A stretch of DNA of 32,000 bases from Lyngbya sp. CCY1209 (GCF_035615495.1 NZ_JAJENU010000642.1:1-32000), one strand, 5' to 3'; positions 9,129 through 18,567 are shown, counted from the first letter of the stretch. Notes: a model not told the origin generated them from the letters alone. Numbers and translations: made by a program.

Positions 9129-10250
9129 ATGATTCGATTTGCAAGTCTGACGGTGGCTTGCTCCTGGCTCTTGGGTTGCGGCGCAGCCGACGGCAAAATG
9201 CAAACGAATTTAGCCGCCTTTTTATCGGCAGTCGGAGACGAAACCGACCCCTCCGATTCTCGCTACAAATATTCCGGCAGAATCGATTTTAGCGACAGTG
9301 CCAACCCCGTCATTTTCTACGGGGGTTCGATCATCAACGTCAAATTTAAAGGCACCAGCCTGAAAGCCAAATTTTCCGACAACTCCAACAACGATACGAA
9401 AGTCGGATTTATCATCGACGGCGGCGATCTGATTATCAAAGAAGTCGATAAAAATGCCTCAAAACAAGAAATAACCATCGCCACCGGACTCTCCGACGGC
9501 ACGCACACCTTGGAAATTATCAAACTGGAAGGGCCGGGAAATGGCAACCGGGGTTTGGTGTTTCACGGGTTGGTACTCGACGAAGAAAAAGGCATTCTCG
9601 CCGGCGAGAAACCGGCTTTAAAAATAGAAGTGTTCGGCGATTCCGTCACCGAAGGGGCCAGTGCAGGTTGTGCCGAAGGCGACGGCGATTGTGGCGATAA
9701 CAATGCCTATTTGAGTTTCGCCAATACGTTGGCGAGAGATTTGAATGCGGACATTCACAATAACGGCATCGCCGGTTTGGCTGTGCGGAGCGGAACCGGC
9801 TATTTTGAGAGCGGCAATACGGGACTCGATGCCACCTACGACAAACTGAGCCCTTCGTCGGAGGGCGGCTTTTCTCGGACGGACTGGGATTTCGGCCGCT
9901 ACACCCCCGATTTGGTGATTATGGCGATGGGTGTCAACGACGAATATGGCAACGGTTTGGACGACGTGCCGACGTGGAAAAATGCCTACAAAGCGATCGC
10001 CCGCGATATTTACGAAAAATATGGAAATGACAAAAACCGCCCGTTCATTTTTGCCCCGGCTCCCATATGGGCGAGAAATGCGGACAAATACGCGGAAGAA
10101 GTGGCGAACGAACTCAAACAGGAGGGTTACAACACCTGGTTTTACAACTATTCTTTTGAAGCGCAAAACGGACACCCCGATCGCGTCGAGTCCAAAAAAA
10201 TGGCGTCAGAATTGAAACAATTCATCGAAACCAACAATATTTTGAATTAA
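9129..10250 (+). CDS. Lipoprotein SGNH/GDSL-type hydrolase (CE2-like: N-terminal beta-sandwich plus esterase)
   Basis: The ORF track starts at 8970, inside the upstream gene. The in-frame ATG 9129 gives MIRFASLTVACSWLLGC, a signal peptide with lipobox LLGC. Block I is VFGDSVTEGAS and the C-terminal block is NGHPD. Confidence 0.75.
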   Translation: MIRFASLTVACSWLLGCGAADGKMQTNLAAFLSAVGDETDPSDSRYKYSGRIDFSDSANPVIFYGGSIINVKFKGTSLKAKFSDNSNNDTKVGFIIDGGDLIIKEVDKNASKQEITIATGLSDGTHTLEIIKLEGPGNGNRGLVFHGLVLDEEKGILAGEKPALKIEVFGDSVTEGASAGCAEGDGDCGDNNAYLSFANTLARDLNADIHNNGIAGLAVRSGTGYFESGNTGLDATYDKLSPSSEGGFSRTDWDFGRYTPDLVIMAMGVNDEYGNGLDDVPTWKNAYKAIARDIYEKYGNDKNRPFIFAPAPIWARNADKYAEEVANELKQEGYNTWFYNYSFEAQNGHPDRVESKKMASELKQFIETNNILN

Positions 10251-10264
10251 ACAACCATCAAGTC

Positions 10265-10285
10265 GCACAGGCAGGATGCCTGTGC
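10265..10285. terminator. Perfect 9-bp hairpin between convergent genes
   Basis: GCACAGGCA-gga-TGCCTGTGC lies between the SGNH hydrolase stop (10250) and the SBP stop (10324). No clear U-tract. Confidence 0.45.
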
Positions 10286-10323
10286 TACCGATTCGATACC
10301 GTAGGGTCAAAAAAAGATCCGAT

Positions 10324-11994
10324 TTACTCCGGATTTACTTTCTCCAGGGGCCAGAACGGAAACTGCTGGTTAACTTGCAGGCGGATTCCCCCGATATTAT
10401 TTTGGGCGAAGATGTAGGTTTTATCTTGCCAGAGGGGGATGAAAGGAACGTCGCTGGCGAGGCTTTCTTGAATTTCCAAAAAGATCGCCCGACGCTTTTG
10501 GGGGTCTTGTTCAGTCCGCTGCTGGTCGATCAATTCGTTGACGCGATCGCTATAATAAAACGATCCCTGATATTGACTCGCCCCCTCTTCACATCCCGTT
10601 TCTTCCGAACCTTTCGCGCAGCCCAAAAAGGGCTGGATGTAATTGTCCGCATCCAAGAAATCGGCGTACCAATCCAACATGAACGTCGGATAAATTCCCT
10701 TGTCCAAATTTTGATAGGCGGTGGTGGTTTCCACGCTCTTGGGTTCGAGTTGCAACGCGCCGCCCAAATTTTCCTGGGCCAGGGCTTTCAGCGTCGCCGC
10801 CAGTGAGGCTCGCTTGTTGGAATTGGCGCCGTACCACAGTTCCACCACGGCGGGATTTTCCGGGGTATATCCGGCCTCGGCGAGGAGTTGTTTGGCTTGG
10901 TCAAAATTGCCGTCGCCGTAGGTTTGTTGGAAGACGGGGCTGTAACTTTCAAAGGTGGTAGGGATGAGGCTGTAGAGGGGTTCGGCCTGTCCCCGCAAGA
11001 TGCGATTATTGATTAAATTGCGGTCGATCAAAGCCGCGATCGCCCGCCGGACTTCCGGTTGATTCAGGGGTTCGGAATTGACGTTCAACACCATATAATT
11101 GACCGTATTTCCGTCCGCCGCGATCGCTTGCCAGTTCCCCGCTTCGGCCCCTTCCAATAAACTCGCGATCTGGTCGGGTTCCAAGGAAACGTAAGCCACA
11201 TCCACCGCATTGCTGCGAAACGAATTGAACAGGTTGGCGGAACTGGTAAATCGCTGCAAATCGATCCCCTCGTTGGCGGGTTTTTCCCCCCAATAATTCT
11301 CGAACGGGTCAAGGCGAATCACGTCCACGCCGTATTCCGCCAACACATAGGGTCCGGTGCCCACAAACATATCGGGTTGGAAGGGTCCGTCGATGGCGTA
11401 GGCGGCGGGAGACACCGCACAGGTGCCCGAAAAGGCCAGCAGGGACGGAAACGCCGCGAAGGGCCGTTTGAGGGTGATGGTGAGTTCGTATTCCCCCGTC
11501 GCCTCAATTGTGTCTATGGTGTCCGCCAGCAGGGACGAGGGGGGCCCGCCTTTTTGGATGAACCGGTCCAGGGAAAATTTCATCGCCTCGGCGTCGAAGG
11601 GGGTCCCGTCGTGGAACACCACCCCTTCCCGCAGCGGGATGGTATAGGTGAGGTTGTCGTCGCCGACGGTGGGAAAATCCGTCGCCAGTTCCGGTTGGAG
11701 TTCCGTGGTGCCCAGTTTGTAGGCGTAGAGGCGATCGCCGAGGTTGTAGAGGAGGGTTCCGGAGATCACCTCGTAGGCGTCCGCCGGGTCGAGGGTGCGG
11801 AGGTTCTGGGTCGTCCCGACGACAATGCGATCGGTGTCCGAAGTGGCGGGGGTTTGGCCCTCGGGTCCGGTTCCGCAGGCGATCGCAACGAAGGCGACCA
11901 AACAAAATAAAGCCAGAAATCGGGCGATTGCGGGAATTCGGCGGCGGCGATGCCATCCCGGAGAGGGCGATCGCATCGGGTGTGTTTTCTGCAT
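10324..11994 (-). CDS. ABC transporter substrate-binding lipoprotein, family 5 (peptide/nickel/opine type)
   Basis: 556 aa with an ATG start. The signal peptide with lipobox is FVAIAC. Family-5 style blocks include TLDPADAY...LYNLGDRLY, FHDGTPFDAEAMKFSLDR, GTGPYVL and VPFIPLWQ. No permease or ATPase genes are adjacent. Confidence 0.85.
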   Translation of the reverse strand: MQKTHPMRSPSPGWHRRRRIPAIARFLALFCLVAFVAIACGTGPEGQTPATSDTDRIVVGTTQNLRTLDPADAYEVISGTLLYNLGDRLYAYKLGTTELQPELATDFPTVGDDNLTYTIPLREGVVFHDGTPFDAEAMKFSLDRFIQKGGPPSSLLADTIDTIEATGEYELTITLKRPFAAFPSLLAFSGTCAVSPAAYAIDGPFQPDMFVGTGPYVLAEYGVDVIRLDPFENYWGEKPANEGIDLQRFTSSANLFNSFRSNAVDVAYVSLEPDQIASLLEGAEAGNWQAIAADGNTVNYMVLNVNSEPLNQPEVRRAIAALIDRNLINNRILRGQAEPLYSLIPTTFESYSPVFQQTYGDGNFDQAKQLLAEAGYTPENPAVVELWYGANSNKRASLAATLKALAQENLGGALQLEPKSVETTTAYQNLDKGIYPTFMLDWYADFLDADNYIQPFLGCAKGSEETGCEEGASQYQGSFYYSDRVNELIDQQRTEQDPQKRRAIFLEIQESLASDVPFIPLWQDKTYIFAQNNIGGIRLQVNQQFPFWPLEKVNPE

Positions 11995-12300
11995 CTGGTG
12001 GGGTGTAATCTCTGCTCTACATTCGATTCTGAACTGTTGATAGTAACATTTTCGCGGTTCGGAATAGCGCTTCCAGATGGGAATGGGAGGCCGGCGGTAG
12101 AATGGGCGGGAAAATTCGAGTGTTTGTCAATGTGAACTTCTCCCATCGCGTTCGAGGCTGGTGGCGATCGGAACGATTCGACCTATTGTCCATGGCGGGA
12201 AAAGTGGGAAGTGTTGGAGATTTAGATTTCACAAAAATGATTCGAGATTGTTGATTCGATCAATAATTGTTCGGATTCTGTACACTGAGGGCTATACTGG

Positions 12301-14397
12301 ATGTTATATGGGGCCCGATCACCAATGGAACAACCAGACAATGCCAGCAGTGAAAGTACCTTAGCGGCGATCGTCTTTACGGATGTTGAGTCGTTTACCC
12401 CCAAAATGGCGGCCGATGAGAAACATACCCTCGGTTTGCTAGACCGGGACTTCAGAATGATGCGGCGATCCTGTCAGCATCACGAGGGAAAAACGATCAA
12501 ATCCCTGGGGGACGGATTGCTGATGTACTTCAACCGTGCCGAACAGGCCGTTACCTGTGCGACGGAGATCCAAACCGCGATCGCCAAAACCGCCGCCGAC
12601 CTCCCCGAACGGGATATTTTAGTTCACCGCATCGGAATCCACCTGGGGGATATTTACTTAGTTGATGACGGCCGGGACGTGATGGGAAATGGGGTCAACA
12701 TCGCTGCCCGACTGCAATCCCTCGCACCCCCGGGAGGAGTCTGCCTTTCCGCCACCGTTTACGAGGTCGTCAAAAATAGCCTCACCCCCAAACCCACCTA
12801 TATCGGACTGCGAAAACTCAAAGGCATTTCCGAACCCGTCCCCCTCTACCATATCGCCTCTTCCCTGACCCGCGATCGCTCCCGGAAACGGGTTTTTATT
12901 TCCTATTCCGCCAAAGATCCCGACACCTCCCTCGCCCAAAAATTCTTTGAAGCCTTGTCGGAGGCGGGACAGGCCGCATTTATGGCCGGCGCCAGCCTAA
13001 AATTGGGGGAAGATTGGCCGTACCGGATCGAAACCGAATTGCAACAATGCGATTATTTACTATTGCTATTATCGGAGCGATCGGCGACCAGCGAAATGGT
13101 GACGGAGGAAGTGCGGCAGGTCAAAAAACTGCAAGAAAAACGCGACGGAAAACCGATCATCCTACCCATTCGCGTCCAATTTCCCTTGACTTCTCCCCTC
13201 AACTACAACCTGCGGGGTTATTTGGATCGGATTCATCAGCGGGAGTGGAATTCGGACGCGGACACGCCCAAACTGATCGGAGAAGTCATCAATTTAATTC
13301 AAACCGGAAAGGTTCCGGAAGCGTCCAATATTTCCCAACCTAAAGCCTGGGGCGATCGCACATCCCGTCCCCAACCGGCGGCGGTGCCCGAACTTCCGGA
13401 AGGGCAAATGGATGTCGCTTCTATCTTTTATGTAGAACGTCCCCCCGCCGAATCTCGATGTTATGAAACCATCCTCCAATCGGGGGCACTCATTCGGATC
13501 AAAGCCCCCCGCCAGATGGGAAAAACCTCTCTGATGGCGCGAGTTTTGCACCACGCCCAAAAGAAACACGGATATTGTTCCGTCCCCCTCAGCTTTCAGT
13601 TGGCAGACGGGAAAATTTTTGCGGATTTGGACAAATTTTTGCGCTGGTTTTGCGCCAGCGTGGGGCGGAGGTTGCGCCTCCCCAATCAGTTGAATGACTA
13701 CTGGGATGAAATTTTCGGCAGCAAAGATAACAGTACGGTTTACTTTGAGGAATATCTGCTCGAAAATATCGACAGTCCGCTCGTTTTGGGACTCGATGAA
13801 GTCGATCGCGTCTTTGAACACCCGGAAATTGCGGGAGACTTTTTGGGACTGTTGCGGGCGTGGCATGAACAAGCCAAAAATAACGACATTTGGAAAAAAT
13901 TGCGCCTCGTGGTCGTGCATTCCACGGAAGTTTATGTGCCGATGGATATCAACCAATCGCCCTTCAATGTGGGACTGCCCATTGAATTATCGGAATTGAC
14001 CACGGAACAGGTACAAGAATTGGTCGAATTGCACGGATTGAAATTCACCGCCGACGAATTGGAATCTCTGATGCAAATTGTCGGCGGACATCCCTATTTA
14101 ATTCGGGTGGCACTCTACTATATTTCCCGTCAAGATACGACGATTTCAGAATTTTTAAAAACCGCCCCCACGGAAGCCGGATATTACGGCGATCACCTGC
14201 GGGGACACCTGTGGAAGTTGCAACAATATCCCGAGTTGGCGGCGGCGATGGAACAGGTTGTCAACAGTGACGAACCCGTGCGGTTGGAGTCGATAGTGGC
14301 ATTTAAGCTGCACAGTTTGGGGCTGGTGACGCTGTGCGGAAATGATGCCGGGGTGCGATCGGATTTGTATCGGCTTTATTTCCGCGATCGCCTTTAG
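12301..14397 (+). CDS. Class III adenylate/guanylate-type cyclase - TIR - AAA-like P-loop ATPase fusion protein
   Basis: 698 aa (an alternative ATG at 12325 gives MEQPDN...).
- Cyclase, aa ~22-185: [28 protein letters not shown].
- TIR, aa ~197-335: [10 protein letters not shown]...[36 protein letters not shown].
- ATPase, aa ~375-698: FYVERPP...[12 protein letters not shown] (Walker A), LVLGLDEVD (Walker B). Confidence 0.85.
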   Translation: MLYGARSPMEQPDNASSESTLAAIVFTDVESFTPKMAADEKHTLGLLDRDFRMMRRSCQHHEGKTIKSLGDGLLMYFNRAEQAVTCATEIQTAIAKTAADLPERDILVHRIGIHLGDIYLVDDGRDVMGNGVNIAARLQSLAPPGGVCLSATVYEVVKNSLTPKPTYIGLRKLKGISEPVPLYHIASSLTRDRSRKRVFISYSAKDPDTSLAQKFFEALSEAGQAAFMAGASLKLGEDWPYRIETELQQCDYLLLLLSERSATSEMVTEEVRQVKKLQEKRDGKPIILPIRVQFPLTSPLNYNLRGYLDRIHQREWNSDADTPKLIGEVINLIQTGKVPEASNISQPKAWGDRTSRPQPAAVPELPEGQMDVASIFYVERPPAESRCYETILQSGALIRIKAPRQMGKTSLMARVLHHAQKKHGYCSVPLSFQLADGKIFADLDKFLRWFCASVGRRLRLPNQLNDYWDEIFGSKDNSTVYFEEYLLENIDSPLVLGLDEVDRVFEHPEIAGDFLGLLRAWHEQAKNNDIWKKLRLVVVHSTEVYVPMDINQSPFNVGLPIELSELTTEQVQELVELHGLKFTADELESLMQIVGGHPYLIRVALYYISRQDTTISEFLKTAPTEAGYYGDHLRGHLWKLQQYPELAAAMEQVVNSDEPVRLESIVAFKLHSLGLVTLCGNDAGVRSDLYRLYFRDRL

Positions 14398-14401
14398 TTT
14401 T

Positions 14402-14600
14402 CCCTCACCCCCGGCTCCTCTCCCAATCTTGGGCGAGGGGAGGAAAACTCAGCCCTCACCCCCGGCCCCTCTCCCAATTTTGGGCGAGGGGAGAAGAATT
14501 CAGCCCTCACCCCCGGCCCCTCTCCCAATCTTGGGCGAGGGGAGAAGAATTCAGCCCTCACCCCCGGCCCCTCTCCCAATCTTGGGCGAGGGGAGGAAAA
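14402..14600. repeat. Four head-to-tail copies of a 51-bp GC-rich hairpin-containing unit
   Basis: Copies start at 14402, 14453, 14504 and 14555. The consensus is CCCTCACCCCCGGCCCCTCTCCCAATCTTGGGCGAGGGGAGAAGAATTCAG. Each holds the inverted repeat CCCCTCTCCC/GGGCGAGGGG (9 of 10 pairs, 6-nt loop). The array fills most of the 238-nt spacer between the two ATPase genes. Confidence 0.9.
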
Positions 14601-14635
14601 ACAAATATTATCAAAAATTACTTTCTCGAATCACT

Positions 14636-17299
14636 ATGAATCATCAAAACCCGATTTATCAAGTGGGTGGAAGCCTCCCCGCCGATGCCCCCACCTACGT
14701 CAAACGCGAAGCCGACGACGAGTTATATGATGCCCTCAAACGGGGGGAATTCTGCTACGTCCTCAACTCACGCCAGATGGGAAAATCCAGCTTGCGGGTG
14801 CAGACGATGCGGCGATTGCAAGCTGAGGGTGTGGCTTGTGTCGCGATCGATATTACCCAAATTGGCAGTCACAATATCACCCCCGATCAGTGGTATTTGG
14901 GGATGATAAGAACCGTCGCCAGTACCCTCTCGACTTCCCTCGGCAAACGGGCAAAACTGGCGGCTTGGTGGCGCGATCGCGAGTTGATTTCTCCGGTACA
15001 ACGACTGGGCGAATTTATCGAAGATATATTGCTAAAAGAAATTGAGAATAATATCGTTATTTTCATCGATGAAATTGATAGTGTCATCAGCCTCAATTTT
15101 GATGTCGATGACTTTTTCGCCTTGATTCGCGCCAGCTACAACAAACGCGCCGATCGCCACCATTATAAACGCCTCAGCTTTACTCTCTGCGGTGTCGCCA
15201 CTCCGTCAGATTTGATCGCGGACAAAACTCGAACGCCCTTCAATATCGGAAAAGCGATCGCCCTCGGCGGTTTCCGGATGCCCGCGGCGTTGCCCCTCGC
15301 CCGAGGGTTGGAATCCCGCTGTGAAAACCCGGAAGCGGTCTTAACTGAAATCCTAAATTGGACGAACGGACAGCCGTTTTTGACTCAAAAAATTTGCCGA
15401 TTAATTTTAGAATATTCCGGCCAAATTATTGCCGGGGAAGAAGCTCAGGTTGTTGCCGATATTATTTCCCAACAAATCATCAAAAATTGGGAGGCGAACG
15501 ACGAACCGGAACACTTCAAAACGATCCGCGATCGCCTCCTCCGCAATCCCCAACGAGCCGGTCGGCTGCTGGGACTGTATCAGCGGGTCTTGAATGCGAT
15601 CGACGGAGGGATTGCCGCCGATGATAGTCCCGAACAAATGGAACTGCGCTTGAGTGGATTGGTCGTAAAAACTGGCGGTCAATTGAAAGTTGCAAACCCC
15701 ACTTACAAAGGAATTTTTAATCAAGATTGGGTGACGCAGGAACTCGCCCAACTGCGACCCTATGCCGAAGCTTTCGAGGCTTGGGAGAAGTCCGGGCGTC
15801 AGGATGAGTCACGATTGTTGAAGGGGGAGGCGTTAACTGAGGCGAAAGCCTGGGCGAGAGGAAAAAGTTTGAGCGACAAAGATTATCAGTTTTTGGCGGC
15901 GAGCGAACAACTCGACAAACAGGAAATTCAGGCGGCGTTGGAAACGAAATTGGCGGCGGAACAGGAAGCAAAGGAAATTTTAACGAAAGCAAAAAGACGG
16001 GCTTCTCTGCTGTCTTGGATTGCGATCGGAATCTTGGGTTTGTCTTTCGGGATGGCGGCTTTTTATTTGAGACGAACCTACACCAATCTCAACTTAGCTG
16101 AAATTCGCCTCACCAGTGCTGGAGCAAAGGAATTGCACCTCTCCGGAGGCCAGGAACTCAGTTCAATTGTCACCGCACTGCAAGCCAGCCACAACTTGAA
16201 AAAATTACCAGTTTCCTTGTGGTCAAAAGACGATACCCGGGGGAAAGTGATCTCAATCCTTCATGCAGTCCTGGATGGTTCCCGAGAATACAATCGTATC
16301 GAGGGGCATCGGAGTCTGGTCAACGGCGTGGCCTTCAGCCCGGACGGGAAAACCATCGCTTCGGCCAGTAATGACAACACGGTGAAATTGTGGAAGCGCG
16401 ACGGCACCCTCCTCCAAACCCTCGATGGGCATCGGGATTATGTCAACGGCGTGGCCTTCAGCCCGGACGGGGAAACCATCGCTTCGGCCAGTGCAGACAA
16501 CACGGTGAAGTTGTGGACAGTCGATTTAGATGACCTGATGGCGCAAGCGTGTCAGGTGGTAGGGGACTACTTGAAAAATAACCCCAATGTCACCGATGAG
16601 GAACGCCGTTACTGTGGGGTGGACGCTTCGGCAACGGCTCGGTTTTTGCAAGGCGAACAGTTGGCAGCGGAGGCTCAAATTGATGAGGCGGTTTCTCGCT
16701 TTCAACAGGCTGTCAAGCTCGACCCGAACTTTCGTTCAAGTTCGGCTCAGATTTTGGTCAAAAGAGGAGAGTTTTTGGCTCGGGATGAGGAGAGAGTTAA
16801 TCGAGCCATTTTGGCTTTTCAGAACGCTGTAAAATTGGATTCAGATTTAAAGTTTGATCCTGATAATAAAGCCCGTGCGATCGCTTCAATTTTCGAGGGG
16901 AGAGATTTGGCAGAAGCGGGTAAAATCGATGAGGCGATCGCAAAATTTAAGGATGCTCAAAAATTAGATGCTGATGTCAAAATTTCGGCTTGGTCTTGGA
17001 ATGTGCTCTGTCGGTACGGCGGGCTGAATCGACAAGCTGAGAAGGTGATGTTCGCCTGCGATAAAGCGGTCGAAATCGAACCGAAAAATGGGCGGATTCG
17101 TGAGATTCGGGGTTTGGCGATGGCTTTGACGGGTGATTTTGATGGGGCGATTGAGGATTTGGAGATGGCGTACAGTGAATGGGAGGAATGGATGGGTGAT
17201 GAAAATGAAAAGGCAAAACGAAAAGCTTGGATCGATACTCTTAAAAAGGGTGAAAGTCCGTTTACCGATGAGGTATTAGAACAATTGAAAAATCAGTAA
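14636..17299 (+). CDS. AAA-like P-loop ATPase - coiled coil - TM helix - 2 WD40 repeats - TPR-like C-terminal protein
   Basis: The ORF track starts at 14342, inside the upstream gene. I prefer ATG 14636 ([27 protein letters not shown]...), which matches the usual N-terminus of this ATPase family.
- Walker A is SRQMGKSSL and Walker B is [10 protein letters not shown].
- The TM helix [21 protein letters not shown] lies at about 16006-16068.
- WD40 units are [25 protein letters not shown] x2 (16305-16520).
- TPR-like helices span about 16640-17200. Confidence 0.8.
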   Translation: MNHQNPIYQVGGSLPADAPTYVKREADDELYDALKRGEFCYVLNSRQMGKSSLRVQTMRRLQAEGVACVAIDITQIGSHNITPDQWYLGMIRTVASTLSTSLGKRAKLAAWWRDRELISPVQRLGEFIEDILLKEIENNIVIFIDEIDSVISLNFDVDDFFALIRASYNKRADRHHYKRLSFTLCGVATPSDLIADKTRTPFNIGKAIALGGFRMPAALPLARGLESRCENPEAVLTEILNWTNGQPFLTQKICRLILEYSGQIIAGEEAQVVADIISQQIIKNWEANDEPEHFKTIRDRLLRNPQRAGRLLGLYQRVLNAIDGGIAADDSPEQMELRLSGLVVKTGGQLKVANPTYKGIFNQDWVTQELAQLRPYAEAFEAWEKSGRQDESRLLKGEALTEAKAWARGKSLSDKDYQFLAASEQLDKQEIQAALETKLAAEQEAKEILTKAKRRASLLSWIAIGILGLSFGMAAFYLRRTYTNLNLAEIRLTSAGAKELHLSGGQELSSIVTALQASHNLKKLPVSLWSKDDTRGKVISILHAVLDGSREYNRIEGHRSLVNGVAFSPDGKTIASASNDNTVKLWKRDGTLLQTLDGHRDYVNGVAFSPDGETIASASADNTVKLWTVDLDDLMAQACQVVGDYLKNNPNVTDEERRYCGVDASATARFLQGEQLAAEAQIDEAVSRFQQAVKLDPNFRSSSAQILVKRGEFLARDEERVNRAILAFQNAVKLDSDLKFDPDNKARAIASIFEGRDLAEAGKIDEAIAKFKDAQKLDADVKISAWSWNVLCRYGGLNRQAEKVMFACDKAVEIEPKNGRIREIRGLAMALTGDFDGAIEDLEMAYSEWEEWMGDENEKAKRKAWIDTLKKGESPFTDEVLEQLKNQ

Positions 17300-17305
17300 T
17301 TTTCA

Positions 17306-17605
17306 TCAAGGTTCAGAAGACAATAAACCATCGCGATCGCCCCCGATAATTTCCAGCAAACCCACCGTGCCGACAAACAGGGTATAAATCCCGGCTTTGA
17401 GGAGATTTCCCCCCCGTCGGCGGGCAAAAAATACGGCTGCGATCGCTTCTACCAAATGACTAATCAGGGCAAATCGGGCGATAAAAATAACCCAGTCAAA
17501 CACCGGCGGAAGGGAAGCGACGGTCAATTCCCACACCTCCAGGGCGATCGCCCCCGTAATTAATAGCGTTGAAAGTATCTTGATTCCGGATATCAAAATT
17601 TTCAT
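17306..17605 (-). CDS. Small hydrophobic membrane protein, unknown function
   Basis: The ORF begins at TTG 17614. ATG 17605 is preceded by a strong SD (GGAAGGAGG, 8-9 nt upstream). There are about 3 predicted TM segments. It lies 19 nt downstream of the Tab2-like gene on the same strand. Confidence 0.5.
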   Translation of the reverse strand: MKILISGIKILSTLLITGAIALEVWELTVASLPPVFDWVIFIARFALISHLVEAIAAVFFARRRGGNLLKAGIYTLFVGTVGLLEIIGGDRDGLLSSEP

Positions 17606-17623
17606 TTCGGGCAATCCTCCTTC

Positions 17624-18457
17624 CTACTCTCCCCCCAGCAACCAAAACCCGGTGTAAGTCATACCCGAATCGTCCGGGCGAACCAGCAGAAAATGCAAGC
17701 CTTTCGCCAACTGTTTTCGGGTTTCAAACATCCGCGCCGCCGCCGCGACTTCCTCATCTTCAAACGTGGCGACGACCCAGCGATCGCACAATCCCGCCTC
17801 CAAAATCAACCCGTCCGGCGGCCCGGGAACGTAATTGAGTCCGACGGGTTTCGCCTCCGCCAACCACGTCGCCAACTGCATCGACTGGCGTCCCCCGTCA
17901 ATGACGACACCGGAAATCGGAACCGTCGAAGCCAGTCCCAAATTGAGGGGGATCAGGGACGGCGGCATCTCCAAAAACGGCATCGGGCGATCGCCGAATA
18001 CCTCCTCAATTTCCCCCGCCGGAAGCGTCGCGAACCGCCAGCGATCGCCCCACAGATCCTCGGGCAGGGGGGTGGGGGGCGGCTTTTCGATCGCCGCCGG
18101 ATCGGTAGCTTCCCCGGTATACCCCGCCATTTGGGGATAAATGTCCGCCCGTTCCCGCAACCACCGCTTCAACGCCGGCGTCCGGCGAGTCGCCTCCACG
18201 GCGATCCCCGACCGTTCCCCGGCCACCTCCAGCAGACTCAGACATTGGGGGCGAAACACCCAAATCCCATCCGGTTTTCCATCCCCAGCGGCTTGTCGCA
18301 ACTGACCCGCCAACCAATCGGCATTCGCCCGGGACTGGGGACAGGTCGCCACAAACTCGAAATCGCGAGTTTCGTCGCACAGCAGCAGTTCCCACAGCGG
18401 CTGTCCGGTTTCGTCTTTCAGGGGACGGCGGTAAAAATCGGCTTGCCAGATCGGCAT
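17624..18457 (-). CDS. Tab2/ATAB2-family (DUF1092) RNA-binding-like protein
   Basis: 277 aa with an ATG start. The N-terminus MPIWQADFYRRPLKDETGQPLWELLLCD matches, from memory, the W-x-x-DFY-x-RP ... WELL-x-C signature of cyanobacterial Tab2 homologs. The size is also typical. Confidence 0.6.
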   Translation of the reverse strand: MPIWQADFYRRPLKDETGQPLWELLLCDETRDFEFVATCPQSRANADWLAGQLRQAAGDGKPDGIWVFRPQCLSLLEVAGERSGIAVEATRRTPALKRWLRERADIYPQMAGYTGEATDPAAIEKPPPTPLPEDLWGDRWRFATLPAGEIEEVFGDRPMPFLEMPPSLIPLNLGLASTVPISGVVIDGGRQSMQLATWLAEAKPVGLNYVPGPPDGLILEAGLCDRWVVATFEDEEVAAAARMFETRKQLAKGLHFLLVRPDDSGMTYTGFWLLGGE

Positions 18458-18567
18458 AGAAAAATTGGCAATTAAGACTCTACAATTTTTTTAGCATGAC
18501 ACCAAAAATATTTGGGTGTCAAACTGGGGGATTCTACCCTTGACTCCGGCGATCGATCCGCGCCACG

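Noticed and set aside
12267-12298. TTGTTC ... TATACT as the promoter of the cyclase-TIR gene
   Set aside because: The spacing is 20 nt, which is too long. The -10 would sit 3 nt from ATG 12301. It cannot be supported without TSS data.
14402-14600. Regularly spaced repeats as a possible CRISPR array
   Set aside because: The 51-bp units are contiguous with no unique spacers between them, and no cas genes are nearby. This is a tandem repeat, not a CRISPR array.
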